From Clostridia bacterium (GTDB lineage Bacteria; Bacillota; Clostridia; Oscillospirales; CAG-272), in NCBI GenBank assembly GCA_017628755.1, contig JAGBYM010000025.1:1-57440 (forward strand): a stretch of 57,440 bases of DNA, in the 5' to 3' direction. The first letter of the stretch is position 1; every line of letters starts with the position of its first letter. Under the pieces are notes generated by a model that made no database searches, was not told where the DNA came from, and was given only the letters and a program-made list of their open reading frames with translations. The translations under genes were made by a program, and so were the position numbers. Of the stretch, positions 1-8,100 are shown piece after piece.

Positions 1-5
1 AGGTT

Positions 6-36
6 AAATCCCGAGCCGAAAGGCTCGGGATTTTTC
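6..36 (+). terminator. Rho-independent terminator of a gene lying upstream of the window; near-identical copy of the terminator at 1954-1984
   Basis: Stem ATCCCGAGCC (8-17) pairs with GGCTCGGGAT (22-31), GAAA loop, T-run 31-35. Preceded by AGGTTAAAT as at 1947-1955. Confidence 0.8.
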
Positions 37-134
37 TATTAACTCTAATAAAATAATAATGTACAATTCCATCTCATACATTTTGTATGTTTTACAAAAT
101 CATTCGGTTGAAATTAATATTTTGTTCAAACACC

Positions 135-163
135 TTGACAATGCATACGTTTTATGTTAAAAT
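135..163 (+). promoter_or_regulatory. Sigma-70-type promoter of the first GLUG surface protein gene
   Basis: TTGACA (135-140), 17-nt spacer, TAAAAT (158-163). Same architecture as 2078-2106. Confidence 0.6.
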
Positions 164-210
164 AAAATGTCTCAAAATGAGAACATCTTCATTTGGAAAG
201 GAAAAAAGAC

Positions 211-1929
211 ATGAAAAAAGCGCTTTCTATTATCCTCTCCCTCTGCATGATCCTTGCGATCTGCTCCTTCTCTGTATCCGCAGCTCCCGAAGGAACTGCT
301 ATTACCGATGAAGCCGGCTTCCTCGCTATGGCGGCAGACGGAACCTACTACCTCGCAAATGACATTACCATCACCAAGTCCTATGAGGCTACTTTCACAG
401 GCACCCTCGACGGTAACGGCAAGACCGTGACCGTTTCGGCTCCTATGTTCGTAAACTTCGCAGGCACCGCAAAGAACTTCACCATCGCAGGTGCAGTTAC
501 CGTTGCAGAAGGCCATGCGGGCGCACTCGCAAATGACTCCCTCGGCGGAACCGCAGTTGTTCTTGAGAACATCATCAACAATGCTGCAGTAACCGGTCCT
601 GATGTTACCGGCGGTCTTATCGGTCAGTTCGGTGCTAAGGGCGCGGCAAACGGCATCTCCCTCACCGTTACCGGCTGTGTTAACAACGCAACCGTTACCG
701 GCGTACAGCAGACCGGCGGTCTTGTCGGCTACGGCTTCTTCAACACCGGCGACGACCTTGCTACCGAAGCAGGCGCAACCTTCACCGCTTGTGTAAACAA
801 CGGCGCGGTTTCCTCTACCCTCGGTCACACCGGCGGTATTCTCGGACGTTCTGCATACTCCAAGAATATGGTATTTACCAAGTGCATTAACAACGGCGCT
901 ATCTGCGGCGGTCACAACACCGGCGGTATCTTCGGACACGCTACCTCTTCGGTTACCTATATGACCTACTGCCAGAACAACGGCACCATCACCAACGTTG
1001 ATGCTCCCGCTACCGATTCCGTATACGCAGGCGGTCTTATCGGCTACGGTCAGGGCACCAAGGCTGAGACCCTCACCGCAGGCGACGGCTACTATGCAAA
1101 CAAGATCGAATTCTGCATCAACACCGGCGACGTAATCGGCGCTTACCGTGCAGGCGGTATCGCAGCTTCCAGCGGAGCTTCCGGAGCATTCGGTCTTTCC
1201 CTTATCAACTACTGTATCAACACCGGTGACATCACCTCCAGAGGTCTTGGTACTTCCGCAGCTGCTAACGCTGCAGGCGGTATCCAGGGCTACGGCTACG
1301 GCTCCGGTACCAAGGAATACGCTTACGTCACCAACTGCATTACCACCGGTAACGTAGAATCCAAGGGCGCTGAAAAGGGCGTTGCTTCCTACTTCCTCGG
1401 CTACATCAGCTCCAAGTACGCTGTTGTTAAGGACAACACCGCTACCGGAACTCTTACCAGCGCATGCGGCAACACCTTCGCACTCTGCTGGAACAATGCC
1501 GCTGAGTTCGCTCCCGAAAACATCACCGGCAACTCTCTCCCCGCAGGCAGCACCTACGCTCTCACCTATGAGAACGCGATCGTTGATAAAGCATACGAAG
1601 TAGGCGCAACCGATGAGGCTGCTCTTACAAGCGGTGCGGCTGTTTACGCTATCAACCAGGCAGCAGGTCAGGAAGTTGTTTACATGACTGTTGACGGAAC
1701 CTTCAATCCTACCGTTATCGCGGCTGAAGACGGCTCCAACAGCATCGTAAAGAACGCTGACGGCACCTACGGCAACCCCGTAAAGGAACCCGAAACCACC
1801 GAGCCCGCTCCCGAGACCACTGAGCCTTCTCAGGGTCCCGCAACCGGTGACTCCTTCGTGATCTTCGCGGTCATCGCAGCTATCTCCGTCCTCGGTGTAG
1901 CAGTTGTTGCTAAGAGACGCGAAAATTAA
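211..1929 (+). CDS. Secreted cell-surface protein with GLUG-type beta-helix repeats, Pro/Glu/Thr linker and C-terminal sorting-signal-like anchor
   Basis: ORF track 193-1929 begins at TTG. ATG at 211 follows GAAAGGA. Signal peptide MKKALSIILSLCMILAICSFSVSA. About 7 repeats of C-x-N-x-G...GG(I/L)xG. Tail PETTEPAPETTEPSQGPATGDSFVIFAVIAAISVLGVAVVAKRREN. Confidence 0.85.
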   Translation: MKKALSIILSLCMILAICSFSVSAAPEGTAITDEAGFLAMAADGTYYLANDITITKSYEATFTGTLDGNGKTVTVSAPMFVNFAGTAKNFTIAGAVTVAEGHAGALANDSLGGTAVVLENIINNAAVTGPDVTGGLIGQFGAKGAANGISLTVTGCVNNATVTGVQQTGGLVGYGFFNTGDDLATEAGATFTACVNNGAVSSTLGHTGGILGRSAYSKNMVFTKCINNGAICGGHNTGGIFGHATSSVTYMTYCQNNGTITNVDAPATDSVYAGGLIGYGQGTKAETLTAGDGYYANKIEFCINTGDVIGAYRAGGIAASSGASGAFGLSLINYCINTGDITSRGLGTSAAANAAGGIQGYGYGSGTKEYAYVTNCITTGNVESKGAEKGVASYFLGYISSKYAVVKDNTATGTLTSACGNTFALCWNNAAEFAPENITGNSLPAGSTYALTYENAIVDKAYEVGATDEAALTSGAAVYAINQAAGQEVVYMTVDGTFNPTVIAAEDGSNSIVKNADGTYGNPVKEPETTEPAPETTEPSQGPATGDSFVIFAVIAAISVLGVAVVAKRREN

Positions 1930-1953
1930 ATTATTAGTTGCTAATTAAAGGTT

Positions 1954-1984
1954 AAATTCCGAGCCGAAAGGCTCGGAATTTTTC
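1954..1984 (+). terminator. Rho-independent terminator
   Basis: AATTCCGAGCC (1955-1965), GAAA loop, GGCTCGGAATT (1970-1980), then T-run. Relative to 8-31 it carries a compensatory C:G to T:A change in the stem. Confidence 0.85.
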
Positions 1985-2077
1985 TGTTAATTATAAACTG
2001 TTATTGTCATTTTGCACAAAATCCGACACACAGATTTGTTCAAAACAGATATTTTCATTCATAAAATACACATTTAC

Positions 2078-2106
2078 TTGACATTTTCGATTAATTGTGT
2101 TAAAAT
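2078..2106 (+). promoter_or_regulatory. Sigma-70-type promoter of the second GLUG surface protein gene
   Basis: TTGACA (2078-2083), 17-nt spacer ending TGTGT, TAAAAT (2101-2106). Confidence 0.6.
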
Positions 2107-2142
2107 TAATCATCCAAACTTTTACTATGAAAGGATACTACC

Positions 2143-4020
2143 ATGAAAAAGGTCATTACAACCCTTCTGGCACTCTGCATGATTCTCTCGATCTGCTCGT
2201 TCCAGATCTCCGCCGATACTGTCGGCACACCTATCACAAACGAGGCTGAATTCCTTGCAATGAAGGAAGACGGCTACTACTACCTCGCAAATGACATCAC
2301 CGTAACTAAGTCTTATGAACAGTTGTTCACCGGCGTATTCGACGGTAACGGCAAGACTGTAACCGTAACCGGCGAGCCTATGTTCTGGGAATTCTGCGGT
2401 AAGGCAAAGGACCTCACCATCAACGGTGAGATCGTTGCTGACCACGCTAAGGACAACGGCTACTGGGCACGCGGCGCATTCGCTTGTATGGTTTCCGGCG
2501 AAGGCACCATTACTCTCTACAACATAACCAACAACGCTAACGTAACCGGCTTTGCTACTCAGGATGCTGCATACTCCCTCCTTGGCAACGCTTACACCGG
2601 CGGTATCATCGGTGCGCTCGACAACAAGTCTGTTGGTACTGAAGCATCCATCGAGATCATCAACTGTGTAAACAACGGTAACGTTACCGGCTGGCACTGC
2701 ACCGGCGGTATCACCGGTATCCTCTACGTTAACGACTCCTCTTACACCGGACTTACCTGCGTTGTTACCAACTGTACCAACAACGGTTCTATCAACAGCC
2801 TTAACCAGTATGCCGGCGGTATCGTAGGCCGTGTATACTATGCTCTCGACGCTAAGTTCACCGGCTGTATCAACAACGGTGCAATCACCGGTTACAGCAA
2901 CATCGGCGGTATCATCGGTCACACCACCGCTTCCAGCGCTATCATCAGCGTCTGCCAGAACAACGGTGAGATCGCAACCACCACTGACGAAGCTTCCTCT
3001 GCATACGCAGGCGGTATCATCGGTTACGCTCAGGGTACCAATGACCCCAACCACTCCGCTGACTACGGCGAGATGGCAAGCCGCATCGAATTCTGTATCA
3101 ACACCGGTAACGTTTCCAGTATGCGTAGAACCGGCGGTATCGTAGGTTCTTCCGGCGGCGACAGCGCATACGGTATCACATACGTTGATTACTGCATTAA
3201 CACCGGTAACGTTACCAACTACGGTACCGTAAACGGTTCTCACGCACAGGGTTGCGCAGGCGGTATCCAGGGTTACGGATACGGCTCCAAGTCCAAGCCT
3301 CAGTACACCATCATGTCCAACTGTATCTCTACCGGTAACGTTGAATCCCGTAACGCTGAGTACGGTATCGCAGCTTACCTCCTTGGCTACATCAGCTCCG
3401 ATCTCGCTATCCTTAAAAACAACCGCGCTTCCGGTCTTCTTGTCTCCGGCGCAAACAAGACTTACTGCTTCGGTTGGAATAACAACGCTCTCGGTTACTC
3501 CGATGAGTCTACCGGCAACCTCTTCCCCGATAACAACACCTTCCAGATCGCTGCTGATGCAAGTGTTGACGCATGCAAGGGCTACGTAGTCGGCGTTTTC
3601 GATCAGTCCGTTCTCATTTCCGGCGAAGCTATCGCTGAGTTCAACGCAGCTTACAAGCAGCTGAACGGCGCAACCACAGACTGCATGAGCCAGAAGATCG
3701 ACGGTGCATTCAATCCTCAGATCGTAGTTCTTGAGGCTACAGCTCCCGAGTTCCCTGCTCCTTCCGCAGAGCCCGAGACCACTCCCGCTCCCGAGACCAC
3801 CAAGGCTCCCGAGCCCGAGACCACTCCCGCTCCCGAGACCACCGCTGAGCCCGAGCAGACCAATGCTCCCGAAGCTACCGATCCCGCAACTCCCGAGCAG
3901 ACCGACGCTCCCGCAAACACCGAGCCCGCTGAAAAGAAGGGCTGCGGCGGATTCGTTGCAGGAGGCATCGTTATCGTTGCTCTTCTCGGCACCGCTCTTG
4001 TTATCAAGAAGAAAGACTAA
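2143..4020 (+). CDS. Secreted GLUG-repeat surface protein (paralog of 211-1929) with long PETT-type linker and a C-terminal TM anchor
   Basis: RBS AAAGGA. Signal peptide MKKVITTLLALCMILSICSFQISA. N-terminus is collinear with gene 1 (ITxEAEFLAM...YYLANDIT(I/V)TKSYE). Repeated CxNNG...GGI(I/V)G motifs. Linker PETTPAPETTKAPEPETTPAPETT. Tail GCGGFVAGGIVIVALLGTALVIKKKD. Confidence 0.85.
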   Translation: MKKVITTLLALCMILSICSFQISADTVGTPITNEAEFLAMKEDGYYYLANDITVTKSYEQLFTGVFDGNGKTVTVTGEPMFWEFCGKAKDLTINGEIVADHAKDNGYWARGAFACMVSGEGTITLYNITNNANVTGFATQDAAYSLLGNAYTGGIIGALDNKSVGTEASIEIINCVNNGNVTGWHCTGGITGILYVNDSSYTGLTCVVTNCTNNGSINSLNQYAGGIVGRVYYALDAKFTGCINNGAITGYSNIGGIIGHTTASSAIISVCQNNGEIATTTDEASSAYAGGIIGYAQGTNDPNHSADYGEMASRIEFCINTGNVSSMRRTGGIVGSSGGDSAYGITYVDYCINTGNVTNYGTVNGSHAQGCAGGIQGYGYGSKSKPQYTIMSNCISTGNVESRNAEYGIAAYLLGYISSDLAILKNNRASGLLVSGANKTYCFGWNNNALGYSDESTGNLFPDNNTFQIAADASVDACKGYVVGVFDQSVLISGEAIAEFNAAYKQLNGATTDCMSQKIDGAFNPQIVVLEATAPEFPAPSAEPETTPAPETTKAPEPETTPAPETTAEPEQTNAPEATDPATPEQTDAPANTEPAEKKGCGGFVAGGIVIVALLGTALVIKKKD

Positions 4021-4028
4021 TCTTTAAT

Positions 4029-4061
4029 AAAAAAGAACTGCCCTCGGGCAGTTCTTTTTTT
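4029..4061 (+). terminator. Rho-independent terminator
   Basis: AAGAACTGCCC / GGGCAGTTCTT stem followed by T7. Confidence 0.85.
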
Positions 4062-4084
4062 GCAGAATTTTAGAGTTCCTTCCT

Positions 4085-4114
4085 TCAACAATATTTGAAA
4101 ACAAATATTGTTGA
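4085..4114. promoter_or_regulatory. Perfect 12-bp inverted repeat (candidate operator) overlapping the -35 box of the OYE/AcnX operon promoter
   Basis: TCAACAATATTT (4085-4096), 6-nt spacer GAAAAC, AAATATTGTTGA (4103-4114). The right arm overlaps TTGACT at 4111-4116. Confidence 0.6.
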
Positions 4115-4139
4115 CTTTAGATTAATAATATGATATAAT
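4111..4139 (+). promoter_or_regulatory. Sigma-70-type promoter
   Basis: TTGACT (4111-4116), 17-nt spacer, TATAAT (4134-4139), 32 nt upstream of the ATG at 4172. Confidence 0.65.
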
Positions 4140-4171
4140 TAGTATATTATTATATAAAGGAGATCAATCCT

Positions 4172-6238
4172 ATGAACAACCTTGATAAGAAATACGAGGC
4201 GTTGTTTACCCCTTGGAAGGTAGGTAACGTCGAGATCAAAAACCGTATCGTCATGTGCCCGATGGGTGGAACGTCGCTTTTCGGCTGGTTCGAGCTCGGC
4301 GGATGTCATTTTGACAAGGAAGCCGCAAAGCTCTTCCTCGAGCGCGCAAAGAATAACGTCGGTCTCATTATCCCCGGCATCGCGCCCCTCCGTGACACCT
4401 TCTGGGGCAAGTGGCTCTGGCAGAATCCGAAAATGTTTGAGGATCTCAAGGTCTTTATGGACGAGATCCACAAGACCGGCGCAAAGCTCTTCGTTCAGCT
4501 TACCGCAGGTATGGGACGCTCCTGGGCGATCACAGAGCTAGTAGCACCCCTTCACAAGAATAAATTCACCCGCGCGCTGATCAAGCCTATAATTGACACC
4601 AATCACGAGCTTGCATCTCCCTCGCCCCAGCCTTCACGTTGGGCGCACGACATCATCTGCCCCGAAATGACCGTACATCAGATCCACGAGATCATTGAGG
4701 CTTTCGCAAAGACCGCAAAGCTCTGTATGGATGCGGGCGTTGACGGCGTTGAAGTACACGCTGTACACGAGGGTTACCTCCTTGACCAGTTCGCTATCGA
4801 GTTCTTCAACAAGCGTACAGATAATTACGGCGGAAGCTTTGAGAATCGCTACCGCTTTGCAGTTGAAGTCGTTGAGGCGATCAAGGAAGCTTGCGGCAAG
4901 GACTTCCCCGTTTCTCTCCGTTACTCCGTAGAGTCCAAGATGAAGGGCTTCTGCGAAGGCGCAATGCCCGGCGAGGATTACGTTGAGGTCGGACGTAACA
5001 TGGAAGAGTCCGAGAAGGCGGCAAAGTACCTGCAGGATGCGGGCTACGACATGCTCAACGCCGACAACGGAACCTACGACTCCTGGTACTGGGCACATCC
5101 GCCTATGTATATGCCCCAGAACTGCAACCTCGAGGACGTTGCGCATATCAAGAAGTTCGTTGACATCCCCGTCGTTTGCGCGGGACGTATGGAGCCCGAC
5201 GTCGGAGCTCAGGCTATCGCCGAGGGTAAGATCGACGGTATGGGCGTTGCGCGTCAGTTCCTTGTTGACCCCGAGTGGATCACCAAGCTTATCGAAAACC
5301 GTCTTGAGGACATCAAGCCTTGCATCTGCTGTCACGCAGGCTGCTTCAACTTCTCGTCCTCCAAGGGTCACGCGAACACTCAGGACCTCACCGACACTAT
5401 GGGACTCGCGCGTTGCGCTCTCAATCCCCAGACCATGCAGTCGAAGAAATATAACATCCAGCCCGCAAAGAAAGCGAAGAAGGTTGCCGTTATCGGCGGC
5501 GGTATCGGCGGTATGGAAGCCGCAATCGTTTGCGCTAAGCGCGGACACAGCGTAACTCTTTATGAAAAGTCGGGCGAGCTCGGTGGTGTATTCATCGCGG
5601 CGGCGGCTCCCTCCTTCAAGGAAAAGGACCGCGATCTCATCACTTGGTACAAGAGAGAGCTCGCGCGCTACTCCTCCATCGAAGTTAAGCTCAATACCGA
5701 AGTCACCGACGTCACCTCGCTCGGTGCAGACGAGATCATCGTCGCAACGGGTGCAAAGGCAAAGCGCATTCCGATCCCCGGAGTTGAAAAGTCGAGCGAG
5801 GCGGTTGACTTCCTCCTCGGCAAGAAGGAAGTAGGCGAGAAGGTCGTCATCGTCGGCGGCGGACTTACCGGATGCGAGATCGCATACGAGCTCTTCCTTC
5901 AGGGCAAGAAGCCCGCAATCGTTGAGATGATGGATGACCTCATCGTGACCCCCGGCATCTGCCTTGCAAACACAAGCTATCTGCGCGACTGCTTCAAGAC
6001 CAACAAGGTTCCAGTTTACCTTGAGACCGGAGTCCGCGAGATCAAGGACGGATGCGTTGTCGTTGCCGATAAGGAAGGCAAGACCTTTGAAATCGAAGCA
6101 GATTCCGTAATCCTCTCGGTAGGATACAATCCCGCACCTCTCGCAACCAAGGGCGTTCACGTTATCGGCGACGCAAATAAGGTCGGTAACCTCCGCTCGG
6201 TAATTTGGGGAGCTTGGGACGTGGCAACAAAGATCTAA
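4172..6238 (+). CDS. Old-Yellow-Enzyme-family FMN oxidoreductase fused to an FAD/NAD(P)-binding domain (2-enoate reductase / 2,4-dienoyl-CoA reductase family)
   Basis: RBS AAAGGAG. N-terminal OYE signature LFTPWKVGNVEIKNRIVMCPMGG. Fe-S Cys cluster CICCHAGCF...RCALNP. Rossmann motif VAVIGGGIGGMEAA. 688 aa. Confidence 0.85.
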   Translation: MNNLDKKYEALFTPWKVGNVEIKNRIVMCPMGGTSLFGWFELGGCHFDKEAAKLFLERAKNNVGLIIPGIAPLRDTFWGKWLWQNPKMFEDLKVFMDEIHKTGAKLFVQLTAGMGRSWAITELVAPLHKNKFTRALIKPIIDTNHELASPSPQPSRWAHDIICPEMTVHQIHEIIEAFAKTAKLCMDAGVDGVEVHAVHEGYLLDQFAIEFFNKRTDNYGGSFENRYRFAVEVVEAIKEACGKDFPVSLRYSVESKMKGFCEGAMPGEDYVEVGRNMEESEKAAKYLQDAGYDMLNADNGTYDSWYWAHPPMYMPQNCNLEDVAHIKKFVDIPVVCAGRMEPDVGAQAIAEGKIDGMGVARQFLVDPEWITKLIENRLEDIKPCICCHAGCFNFSSSKGHANTQDLTDTMGLARCALNPQTMQSKKYNIQPAKKAKKVAVIGGGIGGMEAAIVCAKRGHSVTLYEKSGELGGVFIAAAAPSFKEKDRDLITWYKRELARYSSIEVKLNTEVTDVTSLGADEIIVATGAKAKRIPIPGVEKSSEAVDFLLGKKEVGEKVVIVGGGLTGCEIAYELFLQGKKPAIVEMMDDLIVTPGICLANTSYLRDCFKTNKVPVYLETGVREIKDGCVVVADKEGKTFEIEADSVILSVGYNPAPLATKGVHVIGDANKVGNLRSVIWGAWDVATKI

Positions 6239-6250
6239 GGAGAAATAGAA

Positions 6251-7525
6251 ATGTATCTTAATGAAGAACAGCAGGCGATACTGAACGGCTCGCAGGGCGA
6301 GACCATGGCGAAGATCATGAAGACCATGGTTATGTTCGGTGACGCTTTTGGAGCCGAAAAGATGGTTCCCGTTACATCAAAGCACAACCACCTCGTTACC
6401 TCCTTCGGTCTGAAGGTAATGGCACCCGTTTATGACCTTATGCAGCAGCTTCTCGACGCGGGCATGAAGTCGTCTCAGACCTTCTCTGTCGACCCCAGAC
6501 CCGTTGACAAGAACGTTCCCGCAAACTTCCTCCAGAACCTCGTATTCAACAAGCTGATGTACACCAAGCAGAATTTCTACGAGGAACAGCTCCATAAGCT
6601 CGGGCTTATGTCTGACGACGCCTTCACCTGCGCTTGCTACCTTGATCAGGTCGGCAACGTACCGAAGAAGGGCGACGTTCTCTCCTGGGCAGAGTCGAGT
6701 GCAGTTGTTTACGCAAACTCGGTTCTCGGCGCACGCTGTAACCGCAACTCGGGCATCATGGATATCATGGGCTCGATCGTCGGCTACGTTCCCTACTTTG
6801 GTCTTCTCACCGACGAGGGAAGACGCGCGACCTGGATCATCAAGATCGAGACCACCAAGAAGCCTGAGGCACAGCTTCTCGGCTCGGCAATCGGCATGAA
6901 GGTAATGGAGGACGTTCCCTACGTTATCGGACTTGATAAGTGGATCGGCTCCGAGCTTGACGACTCGGCTTGCACCTACCTCAAGGATTTCGGCGCGGCA
7001 ACCGCATCGAACGGTGCAGTCGGTCTCTATCATATCGACAACCTCACCCCCGAGGCAAAGGAGCAGGGCAAGTCTCTGATCGCCGAGGGCGCGAAGGAAT
7101 ACGTTATCACAGATGCCGAGCTCGAGAGAGTCAAGGCAAACTACCCCGTTGTCTGGAAGAATCCCGACGCAAAGCCGAAGCTCTGCTTCATGGGATGCCC
7201 GCATATGTCCCTCCAGCAGCTTAAGGACTGGACAGACAAGGTCGAAGCCGGACTCAAGGCGGCAGGAAACAAGACCGTTCTCATCCCCACCGTATTCACA
7301 GCAGCTCCCAAGGTTCTTGAAGAATTCAACAAGACCGAATACGCCGCACGCCTCAAGGCGACCGGCGTTATCACCTCCTATATCTGCCCGCTTATGTACA
7401 TGAACAACCCGCTCTGCAAGAAGATGCCCGTCATCACCTCGTCGAATAAGCTCCGCACCTACACCACCGCGCGCTACTACACCGACGACGAGATTCTTGC
7501 GGCTATCACAAAGGGAGGTAAATGA
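6251..7525 (+). CDS. Aconitase X (AcnX, DUF521) catalytic large subunit
   Basis: RBS AAGGAG. N-terminus MYLNEEQQAILNGSQGETMAKIMKTMVMFGDAFGAEKMVPVTS is typical of DUF521/AcnX. 424 aa. Followed by an overlapping swivel-domain subunit. Confidence 0.75.
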   Translation: MYLNEEQQAILNGSQGETMAKIMKTMVMFGDAFGAEKMVPVTSKHNHLVTSFGLKVMAPVYDLMQQLLDAGMKSSQTFSVDPRPVDKNVPANFLQNLVFNKLMYTKQNFYEEQLHKLGLMSDDAFTCACYLDQVGNVPKKGDVLSWAESSAVVYANSVLGARCNRNSGIMDIMGSIVGYVPYFGLLTDEGRRATWIIKIETTKKPEAQLLGSAIGMKVMEDVPYVIGLDKWIGSELDDSACTYLKDFGAATASNGAVGLYHIDNLTPEAKEQGKSLIAEGAKEYVITDAELERVKANYPVVWKNPDAKPKLCFMGCPHMSLQQLKDWTDKVEAGLKAAGNKTVLIPTVFTAAPKVLEEFNKTEYAARLKATGVITSYICPLMYMNNPLCKKMPVITSSNKLRTYTTARYYTDDEILAAITKGGK

Positions 7526-7971
7526 AAATGAGAGAATTCAAAGGACGCGTTGTAACACCCGGTACGACCACCGCTGAAGCCGTTGTCACCACTCAGGGCT
7601 TCAACACCCTCGCTTCGATGCAGATGGCTCTGCAGTTCGGCGACAAGGAAACCAAGTGCGGCGACCAGAACAACCCCGAGATCAACGGCAAGCCCCTCTG
7701 CGGTAAGGCTCTTTGCCTGCCCCAGACGATCGGCTCGACCACGGGCGGTCTCGTTCTCTACTGCGCATGCTCGATGAAGCGTCAGCCCGCTTGTATGCTC
7801 TTCTCCGAGCATATCGACTCACTCGCGGCGGCTGGTGCGGTTCTCGCTTCCGTTTGGTGCGAGGACATCAACATGCCCGTTATCGACTGCCTCGGTGAGG
7901 AATTCATCAATTACGTCAAAACCGGCATGACCGTCACCGTTAAGGAAGACGGCGTGGTAGTTGTAGAATAA
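7522..7971 (+). CDS. Aconitase X swivel-domain small subunit (DUF126)
   Basis: Start ATG overlaps the stop of the large subunit (ATGA). GSTTGGLVLY and QPACMLF segments resemble the DUF126 family. 149 aa. Confidence 0.7.
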   Translation: MKMREFKGRVVTPGTTTAEAVVTTQGFNTLASMQMALQFGDKETKCGDQNNPEINGKPLCGKALCLPQTIGSTTGGLVLYCACSMKRQPACMLFSEHIDSLAAAGAVLASVWCEDINMPVIDCLGEEFINYVKTGMTVTVKEDGVVVVE

Positions 7972-7990
7972 TTAAACCCTAAGGCAATAT

Positions 7991-8100
7991 TAATCGCCTG
8001 CGGCGAATGATGATCTGCTTCGCAGAATGATAATCGCCGCAGGCGAATGATAGTTTGCTACGCAAAATGAAGGTGAATTTTCGCCGAAGCGAAAATTTTC
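7991..8100 (+). repeat. Mini-hairpin array, copy A (4 units at exact 20-nt period plus terminal TGAAGGT-hairpin module)
   Basis: Units TCGCC-TGC-GGCGA (7994-8006), TCTGC-TTC-GCAGA (8014-8026), TCGCC-GCA-GGCGA (8034-8046), TTTGC-TAC-GCAAA (8054-8066), separated by AATGAT(G/A)A. Then AATGAAGGTGAATTT and hairpin TTTTCGC/GCGAAAA with a T-run (8078-8099). Confidence 0.85.

Noticed and set aside
3769-3845. 33-nt direct duplication GAGCCCGAGACCACTCCCGCTCCCGAGACCACC in the linker of gene 2143-4020 as a separate repeat feature.
   Set aside because: It is an in-frame duplication of the PETTPAPETT linker within a low-complexity coding tract. I note it only as a likely source of linker length variation, not as an independent element.
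7991-8100. Possible CRISPR array, because of the regular 20-22 nt periodicity (also at 22961, 32363, 38727 and 56177).
   Set aside because: The conserved part is only ~9 nt (AATGATAAT). The variable parts are 13-nt palindromes, not unique spacers. There are only 3-4 units per locus, no cas genes and no leader.
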